Notes under the pieces: generated by a model | Database searches by the model: none | The model's input: only the letters and a program-made list of their open reading frames with translations | Told to the model about the DNA's origin: nothing | Source of the DNA: Mantamonas sphyraenae STR306 | Taxonomy: Eukaryota; Protista; CRuMs | DNA: 64,000 nt | Assembly: GCA_026936335.1 (NCBI GenBank) | Contig: JAPMXV010000016.1 | Location: forward strand, 124,001-188,000 | Direction of reading: 5' to 3' | Shown: piece after piece, positions 1 through 11,427 of the stretch | Numbering within the stretch: the stretch's first letter is position 1 | Layout: each line of letters opens with the position of its first letter | Position numbers and translations under genes: made by a program

Positions 1-796
1 CTTGGTTGCCGGCTGGAGCGCAAACGAGAAACAGGGTGGCGCCAGAGCCCTGCTGAGCCATGCAACCAGCACCGACCTTGTCACCAGTTGTGCCCACGGG
101 ATTTGTTTGAGACATTTGTACGCCCCAATTGTTGGTTCCGCCTTGGTTGCGATTGAGAACACTGAAGCCGCCCCTGTTGGTGTTGATGTTTGGGGTGCCA
201 AAGAAGGCTCTGGAGCCCTGGATGGACAAGCAGCCCTCGATAGTCCAGCTCGAGACAGTGGCCATTGGGTATTCGGAAAGCACTGAACTGCCACCCGGCA
301 GTTCGTACATGTATCCTCTGTGCGACGAGAACGGGACGAACGAGCGCTTGTGTCAGAAAGTGGATATTTGCCTTCCTGGGAAACGCGGCCAAAATTTGTG
401 TGTGCAACAGTGACCGCAAGCTAGAAAGTAGACTGGGGTGGTGCCGAGACGAAGCGACGGCCATAGGGAGCGCGATTTGGGATCGTTGTGGCGAAATGGG
501 ACCGCTAGGGAGACGAGGCGCGCCCACGGGACGTTTCTGTGACAAAAACGCTTGACGAGGAAAACGCTGGGGACCAAACGAAGCACAACAAGACGGAGCA
601 CGTACGATCCAGAAGGGGTTTGTACAATGAGGGCATTGCCCTGCGCTTGAATGCTGAAGCCAAAGTTGTTGACGGCCGTCTGCGCCTGGAATAGCTGTTG
701 GGCCTCGACCAAAGGGGCCAGGTGGACCACCAGGAGCACGAGGACGACAAGCAAATGCGAAAAAGGGTGTGCTCGTGTGTGTTGTTTGTTACTCAT
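1..796 (-). CDS. Secreted FG-GAP-repeat (integrin-alpha-like beta-propeller) protein, truncated at the window edge
   Basis: Exon 796-606 has a signal peptide (LLVVLVLLVVHLAPLVEA) and NNFGFSIQAQGNALIVQTP. A GTACGT...CAG intron spans 605-318. Exon 317-1 is in frame: CLSIQGSRAFFGTP...GGFSVLNRNQGGTNNWG...GDKVG...LVCAP, all FG-GAP-like. Confidence 0.6.
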
Positions 797-830
797 GATG
801 CCAGATTGGCAGTGGTTGTGTTGCACCTCG

Positions 831-1516
831 CTATGTCGATGTGTTGCGGGTTTGGCCCAGCAGGGGCAGGCTTGTGTGCCACATGCTCAGACGGTTGAGC
901 ATGATGAGCAAACGCGTGCTGGCTAAGGTGGTGTCCACACAGACGCCTTCACCCTGGCTGTGCATGCGGTCAAACAACAACGCCGTGTCCAGGTGCAGCA
1001 AGTCCGGATCGAGCCACACGTACTTTTCCTCCACGGTCTCTTCCCGACCGCACAGCAACACGGCGTCGCTTGCAAGTGTACTCCCTCGCAGGAGCAAGGC
1101 ATGCGTGAGGTCTTCCAATTCCCCCTCCACGGCGTCTACCAGTCCCTTGGATTTGCCCTTTATCCTCAACGCGCGCGTCACAATCCCTGTCATGGCCTGT
1201 GTCAGTGCTCCGCGTGTGCAGAATAGGTGCAAAGATTTTCCCGTGTGTGTGTACCTCTCTGTTGAGCCTGTGCAACCAAATCACGCTCACAAGCCACCCA
1301 GCAGCCACGGCCACCAAGGTTGTTTTGAAGATCGGGCGCCGCACGGACGCGTACAACGCCGTCGTCGTCCTTTTGCCGTGTCTTGGCAAAGCGCACAAGC
1401 ATGCTGGTGGGTAGATTAGCCTGGCTGACCTGACACCTGCGCATGGGCAGTGCCAGGAGACGGCCAAGTTCGATCGTCGCACTATTCGCTCGTGTGTGTG
1501 TTGAGACCACGCTCAT
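831..1516 (-). CDS. YlxR/RnpM (DUF448)-like RNA-binding protein with a C-terminal extension, 2 exons
   Basis: Exon 1516-1255 reads PMRRCQVSQ..LVRF..PDLQNNLGGRGCWV..R..VAQA, which matches the DUF448 pattern PxRxCxV/LIRF/PD..KLPGRGxWV. A GTACAC...CAG intron spans 1254-1187. Exon 1186-831 reads IVTRALRI..LVDAVEGEL. Stop is TAG. Confidence 0.7.
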
Positions 1517-1743
1517 GGGTGCCAAGTGACACAAATGGCCTTTTTGTGTGTGTGTGTGTGTGTGTTTATGCGGGTGTTACTGTGTGCTGTCTGCTGAGGA
1601 CTTGGAAGAGTCCAGGGAAGCAGGTGCGGTTCGTTTGGTGCTTCCAGCGTTGGATGTCCTGCAGCGGGAATGTGCACTGCATTGGAATGTGGTCTATGAA
1701 AGAGGGTATGCATGGGTACAATACATCCACTCTTCTTCTTCTT

Positions 1744-2940
1744 TCAGACGGTGTTGCCGCCGGTTCGCAGCGAAACAAGGAAAAGCAGGGATGTCACGGC
1801 GATGGAGGCAATTTCAGTCACCAGCTTGGCGGTGAGTGTGATGCCTAGTACGCGTACACCATGCACGCGAGCGATGATGCCTTCCACCACAGCCTGCACC
1901 TCTCTGCCGACACCAGCCTCGCATCCGCTGCGCACTCCGCTCCAGCGCGCAAGCGACTCTGCCAATCGCTGACTGTGTGTGTGACCACGAGTTGTGGGTA
2001 CCAAGATGAACGTGAGCCAAATCATGCACAGCGGGACGATGATGATGAGAACCAGCGGGTTGCTGTAGCCAAACACCACGAGCAACACGGCTAGGATCAG
2101 CGACAGCGTCGTGTTGGCCAGGACTCCACCGAGTATCATCCCTCTGAGGTTGTTGTAGGTTGTTAGCATGCTCATGGTCTGCTCGTGCTCGTCGTTGAGC
2201 CGTTGAAGCTCCGCGAGGCTCACCGTCGCCCACGCATCCACACGCTCCCTCAGCACGCCGAGGGAGTCGTTGACTGCAAACATGGTTGCCATCACCGAGG
2301 AAATCACCACGAGAATGGCCATAGACATCCAGACGGCTCCAACGACGGTGAAGATGATTGCCACGACAAACCCGCTTCCCCAATGGCGGATATGCCAAAT
2401 CAACACCATCTCGCTTGTTCCAGGAGGATCTGCCATCATGTTGGCAAACACAGTGACGTACGAGGCCACCAGCTGCACAGCACAAACGCCAACAATCGCC
2501 GCCCACCTCCACAATTTCTTTGGGAGCCGCTCCTGGACGAACTTGCCGTCCATTGAGCTGAAAATGCGCAGCCACCAGTTTGTGGGTTGGGTTAAGAACC
2601 AGATGGTGTGAATCGTGAGAGTGCCTAGGTTGAACAGGACGTTGATGGTCGCGAGCATCGCGTCGTCGTTTGTCAGCACCACCAACGGGCTTGTGGCCAC
2701 GCCATACGCACACATGAGCATGCCTGACCAAGAAATAACAGTGCAAGCTATCCACGCCACCGAGTAGACGTCGCTGAAGGATTCACCGGCCCTGCGCTGC
2801 ACCAGCATCACGCGAAACGCGGTGTCGAACGCCCGGACAACGAGCGGCAAGCGTTCGTACTCCTCCAGCTCCATGACATCCCGAAAAGGGTTCGCTTCGG
2901 GCACCTCCGTCAGCTCCTCTTCCGGAGTGACACGGGCCAT
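1744..2940 (-). CDS. 7-TM protein, gustatory-receptor-like (GRL/7TMIC superfamily)
   Basis: Intronless, ~398 aa from MARVTPEE, with seven hydrophobic segments. It has a long helical TM4-5 loop (LQRLNDEHEQTMSMLTTYNNLRG) and a split C-terminal TM7 (GVRVLGITLT-AKLVTEIASIAVTSLLFLVSL). Confidence 0.62.
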   Translation of the reverse strand: MARVTPEEELTEVPEANPFRDVMELEEYERLPLVVRAFDTAFRVMLVQRRAGESFSDVYSVAWIACTVISWSGMLMCAYGVATSPLVVLTNDDAMLATINVLFNLGTLTIHTIWFLTQPTNWWLRIFSSMDGKFVQERLPKKLWRWAAIVGVCAVQLVASYVTVFANMMADPPGTSEMVLIWHIRHWGSGFVVAIIFTVVGAVWMSMAILVVISSVMATMFAVNDSLGVLRERVDAWATVSLAELQRLNDEHEQTMSMLTTYNNLRGMILGGVLANTTLSLILAVLLVVFGYSNPLVLIIIVPLCMIWLTFILVPTTRGHTHSQRLAESLARWSGVRSGCEAGVGREVQAVVEGIIARVHGVRVLGITLTAKLVTEIASIAVTSLLFLVSLRTGGNTV

Positions 2941-3066
2941 CTTGTGTTGGGTCGCATGCCGCTGCCATCGCCACTGTTTTCCCTGCGAACTTGGGAAGAA
3001 GAATGTGGGCCACACAGTGAAGGCAAAGTTTCATTGTCATTGTCCAATCCCTGGCCAACCAACCTC

Positions 3067-5628
3067 TCAATGCCACGACTGTCGAAAGTGTGTGCTGCTG
3101 CGCTGAAACGCAATGTTTGTCTTTGCGATGCTGGGTCCCCTCGATTGGAGCAACTTGATAATCTTTGCCTGTGCCTTTGGATACGGTTGCGCCACATTGT
3201 TGCGCTCCTTCGCCTGTTGCGTGTCGGTGTCCACACGCATGTCCTGCAGCTGCGACACAATCTCTGCAAACCGGTTGCGTTCCTCGGCCTGCCGCGATGC
3301 CTTGCTCATGCGCTTCTGCGTGCGGGAGCTAGGTTCGTCGCCATTTGTGCTCCCGCTGCTGTACCCGCTGTTGGTGTTGTTTCGTCCCTTGCTGTTGCTG
3401 CGCTTGCCCTTGCGCTTGGTATTGGATCCACGCCTGCTGCTTGCGCTGCTCGACGAAGCATAGCCCACGCTGCTGTGGCCATCCACACTGTCCCTGTCAT
3501 TCATACTTCCTCCATCGCGATCGTAGCCAGCAGAGCTTGTTTGCGGACGCGTGCGGCCGTTGCTACGTCCTCGCGTGCCCATACTGGTCGACGACCTCGC
3601 GGATGCGAGTGACGTTCGCCTGCTGCTCCCACTGCCACTGGCGCTGATGGGTCGTGACGTCGATCCCATGCTGCTACTGCTCTCGCGCCGTCCGTTCGAC
3701 CCGTACCGCGGTGCCGCACTGCCCGGACGCGTCCGCCCGCTGCTTCGTTGCAACGCACGGCCCGTGCGAGACGCAGACGCCGTGCTTCCACTCCCGCGCG
3801 ACGTGCCCGACGACCGTTTTGCACGTCGCGTGTACCTTTCCTCATCGCTGTCCTCCGCCTCTTCCGACACATCGTCGTCCTCCCTGTCCTTGCCTTTGCC
3901 CACGTTGTTCCCACCCGAGTCGGACTTTCCCTGCCCAGAGCCGTCCCCCTGGTGGCCATGTACACCCTCACGCATACTCTCTTGCGCCTGGGCCAGTGTG
4001 CGCATGATATCCTTCTCCCAGAAGCGTTTGCCAATGTCCATCTGCACGTCGCCCAACACCACCGCTTGGCGGTCAAAGCTGACCAGAATGTCCTCTGCCT
4101 TCCACAGGATGATTTCCAGGATGAATACGTTGTCGCGCACCGTGCCGTCTTCGTTCTTTGTGTTCACCACGTGGTTCTTTGTGTGGCACCCCTGCCGCAA
4201 CAGGCCCGATCCGCCGGAAGCAATCGCCGGTGCTCCGCAGCACTGGTACACGCCTGTGTTTTTGCCCTCCTCCATCACCGCCTCCTTGGGATGATAGCTG
4301 CAGTGGCCCAGCTGGTTGGCCGTAAACCGTTTCCCGCACACGTTGCACTGCAGCGAGTGCAACAGGCCCCACAGCCGCCACTTGATACTGCGCCAACTCA
4401 GGCCCTCTGCACGCAACCCCATCAGATAACTATTTACATCCCACTTGCTGTCACGCGTGTGCCGAGCTACTAGGTTGCCGTGGAAATCAATGTGTGCCAC
4501 CGCCTTGCGGCACACCTTCCACGACGCCTGCTCCTCGGTGAACAGTTCGCCACACAGGCCACACCGTTGCAAGTCGTTGAATGGACTTTGCTCAGCAAAC
4601 ATCTCTTCAATCTTGCGCATGTGCAGCTTGCCCAGCACCTTGTCCCGCTTGTCGCGCACGTACTCCAGCTGCACGTCTGTAAACAGCGCCGCCAGCCGGC
4701 CCAGCAGCTTGTTGTTGAGGCAATTGAGGTCGATGGGCAACTTGATGATGTCGTTGAGATTGTCGTGCACATACTGCAAACACTCGGCCACCAGCGAGTC
4801 CATTTGCAGAAACTCCGACGAGATCAGGATCGACACCACAGACGTCACCTCTGCGCAATGCGTGTGTCGTGTGTATGTGTCGTGTGTCCAGTGTCAGCCG
4901 CCGTGTCTTGGTCAACGAAAAAACCCACAATGGAAGGAGAAAAGACCCGCCCGCGCCAAAATCGCAGTGGCAGGAAAACGGTCGGCGCGAGACCCGCTCT
5001 CCGGTCGACGTGGCCACGGACAAACAACACTGATGTGGTTGGGAGGGGGGGGGGGGGGGGGGGGGCGAGAGACACACAGAGCGGTGGGAAACAACGTACC
5101 CAGTTGCGGTGGCTGCTCCTTGTTATGTACATACAACATAAGCCACTCAAAGATGTTGATGTCGCAGTGGACGCTGATGTCCACGTCCTGGCCGTGGGTG
5201 TGAGACGTCAGATAGCCCGTAAAGTACTTCATCTCGCGCATGAGCAGGGCACGTCCGCATGTAAAGTTTCGGTTGACGCCACGCGCCTCGTCGCACACGT
5301 GGATCACAATCTCTTGGTCTGCGTCCGTCGTGGACGCCCCGCTGCCCGTTCGGCTCTCTCCGCTTCGCCCTTGCGCACGCTTGGTGCCATTCTTGCGTCC
5401 TTCTGCACCTGTGTTTGTGTTTCCCTTGGTTCCTTCGCCCCATGCGGTCCGTTTGGTGTGCTGTTGGCTCCCAACGAGGCCGTTGCCGCTGCTGCTGCTG
5501 CTTCCACCGCCGCTGCTTCCGGTTGCCTGCACACGCAGTTTGCGACGTCGTTTCTTGTCCTTGCGCCTTTCATGGTCCAGATGCCGCGCCACCTGAGCCA
5601 CGATCTGCTGGGCTGCAGTCGTCGACAT
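3067..5628 (-). CDS. SANBR: SANT and BTB domain regulator (KIAA1841/DUF3342 family), 2 exons
   Basis: IVIHVCDEAR..FTC..LLMREMKYF..DISVHCDINIFEWLM, then intron 5099-4851, then VVSILISSEFLQMDSLV..CLQYVH. Cys/His motifs (CSYHP, YQCCG) are followed by an S/R-rich tail. Confidence 0.85.
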
Positions 5629-5847
5629 GAGGGTGGAGGCGCCGCTGGAGAACAAGTTGTTTTGGCAAACCCCGGGGGTAGTGCCATCCACATGCACACA
5701 TGCGCATGAACACACACCAACACACTTGGCAATCACAAGTGAGGCATTGGAGAAGGGTGTGAATCCGCGTCATGGAGATCGGCAAAGTGGCGGCCAATGC
5801 CCGCACTGCTCGGGGCAAGGGAACGCAGAGCGAGACGAGAGAGAGAG

Positions 5848-8800
5848 ATGGGAAAACGAAGGAAGGCGGCGACGAAGCGGAAGCGGACTCGCAAGCGGGT
5901 GGTCGAGTCGGAAACAGAGTCCGAGTCGGAACCACAGAGCGAAGCCAGCGAGACAGAGGAGAGTGGCAGCGAGGAGGAGAGTGGCAGCGAAAGCGAAGCC
6001 AGCGACAGCAGCGAAAACGAACGGCCATCTCGGAGGCGGCGAAAGCGCAGCTCGAAATCAAGGTCATCCCGACGCAAACGCAAGGGTGGCAAAGCATACT
6101 CGGAGAGCGAAAGCAGCGAGGACGAGGATGAGGATGAAGAGGAGGACGAGGACGATGAGCAGGACGAGGAGGAGAGCCCCCGCAGCGGCCTGGCCAAACG
6201 GCGACACGGCCACCCGCAGCGACACCACAGGCATCACCACAGCAGTGCAGCAAGCATTGCCACAGAGTCGGACATCCACGAACTGTTTGCTCCGAGCACA
6301 GAGGCTGCCGTGTATCCAGACATTGCGGCCAACGACAAGCTGTGCGACAAACTCAAGAAAAAGGTGAGCCGGTGAAGAAGCGAATGATATTTTGCTTGGG
6401 CGGCAACGGCTATCCCCGCACGCAGCCCAGCGCATGCCCAGAGCCACCCACTGACACACCACACATCCTCATGGCCTGTACCCAACAGGGAGACCCGCTC
6501 AAGGTGATTGAATGTCTTGAGCTTGGCCTTCTGCTGCGTAAGGAGCACTACGGCGTCGACTCTGTCCACGTCTCCAACGCCTGCGAAGAGCTCGCCACTT
6601 CTTGCAACGCGCTTGCCATGAACTTTCTCGGCCACGGTACGTATCCCACACACGCACACCCTCTCACACCGAACTACACAGGCACACTGTCGAGTGTGTG
6701 TCTGCGTATGGTGTGCAAGTGCTGACCCCCCGATTGGATGCTGTGTGGCATCGCGACCCATCACACCACAGAGGAATACGACCTGGCCGTAAGCTTGCTG
6801 AAAAAGGCAGAAATCCTGACTGAACCGCACGGATACTTCCAAGACACGGTGGCAAGACTCAAGGTGCGAGCCATCACCTTCAACAACTTTGGTTGCCTGT
6901 ACAAACACCGGGGAAAGCTGCGCACAGCGTTGCACTACCTGGACAAGGCGTTGAAGATCGAACGTGCGGCACCGGACGTGCACAGCCCCGCCTCGACACA
7001 CCTGAACCTGTGTGCCATCCTTTCGCAACTGGACCGGCACGAAGGGGCGTTGGAGCACGCGCAGCACGCCTTGGACATTCTCAAGATGGAGATCAAGCGG
7101 GATTTGCTGGACGCAGGCAGCGATCACACGGCACCGGACTACAACAACGCCACCATTCTGGCCATTGCCTACTACAATCTGGCTGTGGAGCAGGAGTTTT
7201 TGCACCGCGTGGAAGATGCGTTTCGGTCGTACAAGCGGGCGATGACTGTGGCTCAGCAGCAGCTGGGCCGCAGCCACCCGATTGCCAAGCAGATCCAAAC
7301 CAGCATGGACAAGTGTGCCAAAGTGATGAAGAAAAGGCGGAAACGCAGTGCCCACAGGCAGCAGGTGCGCACAAAGGGTTCCGTGTCTGCGTACGACCAT
7401 CGGCAATCGCGTGTCAAGTCGGCACGCGCCCAATCCGCACGCCCGCGGCGTCCGCAGAGCGCAGCAAGCACACGGTCGTCCACAAGCAGCAGCAATGGCA
7501 GGCCACACACGGCCTCCAGCAGCCACGGACGGGCACGTCCCATCAGCGCCACCCGCTTCCAAGACTATGATCCAAAGCGTAGTCTGGGCATTTCCACGTC
7601 CAGTCGCGCCCCCGGCGGTGGATTTGGCGGCGGCGGCGGCGCTGGGATTGGACCGCGTCAAAGCAAGGCCACTCGGCCACAATCCGCCATGGTTGGCGGA
7701 TCCAGACTGGCACAAGGAGGCGGCGGAGGCGGTGTCGGAGGCAGGAAACACATGGGAGGGTCGCCACGACACAATGACGATCCGTATGCGCTGCTGTCGA
7801 ATCATTCGACACGCAGGCAAAGGCCTCGGTCGGCGGTGGCTCGCATGACGTCGGATTCCGAGCACGAAGCAGGCGATTATGCACGCAGCATGAGGGGAGG
7901 CGCACGTGGTACGCAGCAGAGTCAGGCACAGCAGCGGTATGGAAGTGCATTGGCACGTGGAGGACGGTCGGGTCGGTTGATGAGTGCCATGTCGACCGAG
8001 AGCATGGCCCTGTCGGAGCTGTTGGATGAGGACGACGAGCAGGGCGATGGGGCAGAGTGGATCGATTTGTTGGACGATGACGTCGACCTGGATGAGGACG
8101 CAGACGACGGCGAGAGCTCGGGAAGGGGGTATGAGCGGCCGTGGAAGGTCAACAGCACCAACGGAAGGCGCAAACGACGTGCCGGGTCGGCCAGGCGCAG
8201 ACGCAGCGCACGACAGCGCCCTTCCAGTGCCTATGAAGTGAACTCGCGACGCACAGGGAGCACAGACAAACAGCGGGAGCGTGAGCAGCAACAGGAACAG
8301 AAGCAGCAGCAGCAGCAGCAGCAGGCGTACGGATTGGGAGCAGCCAGTGGGGCACCCAATCCGTTCATGGCCATGGGAATGACAGAAGAGCAGGCCATGT
8401 GGATGCAGCAACAGCAGATGGCCATGATGCAGGCGTGGTTTGTACAGCAACAGCAGCAGGGGGGTGGCTACGGCGCAGCAGCTGCTGCAGCACCCTTTAT
8501 GGATCCCATGGCCATGAGTATGGCCATGGGCTATGGCGGAGGATACCCAGGAGGTGGTTATGGCGGATACATGCCATATGGCGGTATGTACGGGCCGTAT
8601 GGACCCATGCACGGCGGCGGGTACGGCGACGAGGAATGGATGGACGGGGACACCGACAGCCAAAGTGGGGCGTCGGGAAGAGCCATGCAGCCTCCTCCGC
8701 CGTCGCCACAGCCGGGTGAGTCGTCCAACCGATCGCCACGCAGCGACGGAGGTCAATCCGAGGGCACGCAGGGTGGCGCGGAGCACATGTATGGCCAGGC

Positions 8801-9413
8801 CAGTGTACAGGGTCACATGATGCACGGTGGAGGCAGCAGCTCAGATGTGCATGGTGGATATGGGCCCATGGCCATGTATGGTGGCGGTTACGGCGTGGGT
8901 GCGTACGGTGGCTACCCGGCCTATCCTCCCATGATGGGCGGCGGTGGCTGGATGGACCCATACGCCGCCTACGCCAGTGGGCACATGGATGAATACCAAC
9001 AACAACAACAACAACAACAGCACCAGCACCAGCAACAGGGATACCTCTACGACATGTACGATTGGGCGCCTGTGCCGCCAGAGGTACAGGAGCAGATCGA
9101 TGCACACAACCAGAAGGGCGGCAAGCAAGCGCATGGCGATGAGGAAAGTGACCAGGACAGCGATAGGCCGTACATCCAACCCAGACACGCCATGCAGACG
9201 CCACTGCGTCATCCTGCAGTCCGCGAGCTCGTAGCAGAGGAAGCGTGGAACAGCACGCCGTCAAGCACAAGCACAGCCACGTCGGAGGAACCCGAAGACG
9301 ACGACAATGGCAATGATGATGATGACGATGACGACGATGAGGAGAACAGAGACGATGATGGTGTCAGGATGGACTTCCGCCCCACACTCGAACAGTACGC
9401 GAACAATGAATGA
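5848..9413 (+). CDS. TPR-repeat protein with an acidic N-terminus and a long low-complexity (RPxSA, polyQ, G/Y/M-rich) tail, 3 exons
   Basis: Exons ~5848-6363, 6489-6636 and 6772-9413, joined in frame by GT-AG introns. TPRs: AITFNNFGCLYKHRGKLRTALHYLDKALKIE, ASTHLNLCAILSQLDRHEGALEHA, AIAYYNLAVEQEFL. Confidence 0.8.
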
Positions 9414-9498
9414 ACACATTGTGCACGGTGCTTGCATTTTGCATCCATTTGCACCCACCCCTTTGGACCACCAACCAACCGGAGCACCCACTCTCGCC

Positions 9499-10311
9499 TC
9501 ACATCCACTCTCGCCTGACCCACAAGCCGCCGGCAAACACGAGGATCAACAGCAGCACCAACAGCAGGGAAAACATCAGCGAGTGTTCGTTGGCATATTG
9601 CACATCCATCGCGTTTTGAATGAATTCCCGGTATGATTTGTACGCGTGTGTGTGGCTCACGCCTGCCGCCAACAGAGCCTGTGCGTTGCGAGCGCGCGAG
9701 CGCCTTGCTGCCAACCAAAGCGCATTCCCTCCGTCGTGTTCCGCCTCCTTGTCCGTCAGAGGGTGTTCCAACAGAGCTTTGATCAATGCCGAGCCGTCCT
9801 CGCTCAGAGCAGCCAAATGCAACGGAGTCAGCCCCACGCAGTTGCGCAGATTCGGATTCGCACCCAGCTCCAACAGACGGGTCACCGTGGCCACCTCGTT
9901 GCGTTCCACAGCCATGTGCAGTGCAGTAACACCGTCCTGTCCCGCATGGTCAAGGTTGAGTTCCCCCGTGCTGGCAAGGGCATCGAGTGCCTCCACCCTG
10001 CCCATCACAGCCGCTGCATGGATCGGCGCGTACTCATTCTCGTCCATTCCGTTCACGTCGGCCATGGGATGCTTCAGCAGTGCGCGTACCACGTCTGCGT
10101 AGCCCTCGCTGGTGGCGTTGTGCAGCACGTCGTGTGGAAGTGGTTCCCGGGCAAACTTCTCCTGCGTCACCAGATGTTCCAGCACACGCACCGACTGCAC
10201 TGAACTCGCCAATTCCACCATGTCTGACCATGACGCCTGTTGCGCCATCCCACTCTCTGTGAATGCCTCCACGTCGTCGGCCAGGATCGCCTCCAGGCTC
10301 TTTGCCTCCAT
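9499..10311 (-). CDS. Ankyrin-repeat protein with a C-terminal membrane anchor
   Basis: Ankyrin motifs APIHAAA, GVTALHMAV, GLTPLHLAA and GGNALWLAA. C-terminal hydrophobic helix LMFSLLLVLLLILVFAGGLW. Confidence 0.85.
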   Translation of the reverse strand: MEAKSLEAILADDVEAFTESGMAQQASWSDMVELASSVQSVRVLEHLVTQEKFAREPLPHDVLHNATSEGYADVVRALLKHPMADVNGMDENEYAPIHAAAVMGRVEALDALASTGELNLDHAGQDGVTALHMAVERNEVATVTRLLELGANPNLRNCVGLTPLHLAALSEDGSALIKALLEHPLTDKEAEHDGGNALWLAARRSRARNAQALLAAGVSHTHAYKSYREFIQNAMDVQYANEHSLMFSLLLVLLLILVFAGGLWVRREWM

Positions 10312-10462
10312 CGCTGCTTGCTGTTTGGGTTTGGTGCCACCGCGTGCCCACAATCAGGCACAATCCAGCCAGAGGGGAGGAAGGGTGGCTTTGGACCCCA
10401 AAATGACCTCCAACAGTCGCCGTTCACACTGCGGCCTCCCATCCAACACAGCAGGGACAGAC

Positions 10463-11396
10463 ATGAGTGAGGACGACCTCGCGGGGGATGTGGCGGCAAC
10501 CATCGACGCTGCACAGGCCATCAAGAAGGAAGGCAATGACTTGTTTGGCCAGGGGATGTATCAAGAGGCGTTGGAGTTGTACCACAAAGCCATGAAGCAG
10601 ACGGAGGAGCTGCCGGACGACGACGAGCTCTCTCACGACGAGACCACGGCCCTCATCAACATCCGCGTGGCACTGAACCTCAACATTGCCAACTGTTACA
10701 TCCGCTTGGACACGGAGTGGGAGATGGTCGAGTATTTGTGCGACCAGGTGCGTTCCGTGACTGCTCGGAGCCCACCCTGTCCCTTGTTTGGCCCCAATCT
10801 CACCGTCGCTTTTCTTTCCGCTGACCCCGCTGCGGCCCACACGCCCTCCACACAGGTCCTGCGCGTGCCACAGATCAAAAGATGGAACACAAATGCCTTT
10901 ATCAAGGCCTGCTATCGCAAAGGTGTGTGTACAGACACGGCAAAGCGTCGCACGGCCGGCGACAACGGGGTCGGCTTTTGCGGCCGGAATTTCCACTCGA
11001 AGGCAACACTGCGGCGCAAAAAAACCTTCCCCGGGCCCGTGCATGGCACTGACCACGCAGCACATGCGCGTGCACACACACACACACACAGGCATGGCCC
11101 AATTTAAGCTGGGTAACCATGCGTCGGCGCTGCGCATCCTAACGTACGCACAGAGGCACACACACAACAACACGTCGATCGCCACCCTTGTTGAGCAAGT
11201 CGAGGAGGCGGTGCAGCGGGGCATCCAGCGCGAGCAGGCCAACCAGCTCACCACAAAGATGTACCTTCTTTCCTCGGGCCAGTTTGGGGGCCACAGTTAT
11301 GATGGCTTTGAGATGAGTGTGGGCGGAAAGCACCCGCACTTTGAAGAGCAGGATGTGCACGACGGCTACCACGTCCACATGCTGCCCTTCCGCCTG

Positions 11397-11427
<31 letters not shown>

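Noticed and set aside
4006-4016. U12-type 5' splice site (ATATCCTT)
   Set aside because: It is antisense within the SANBR CDS. All inferred introns are ordinary GT-AG.
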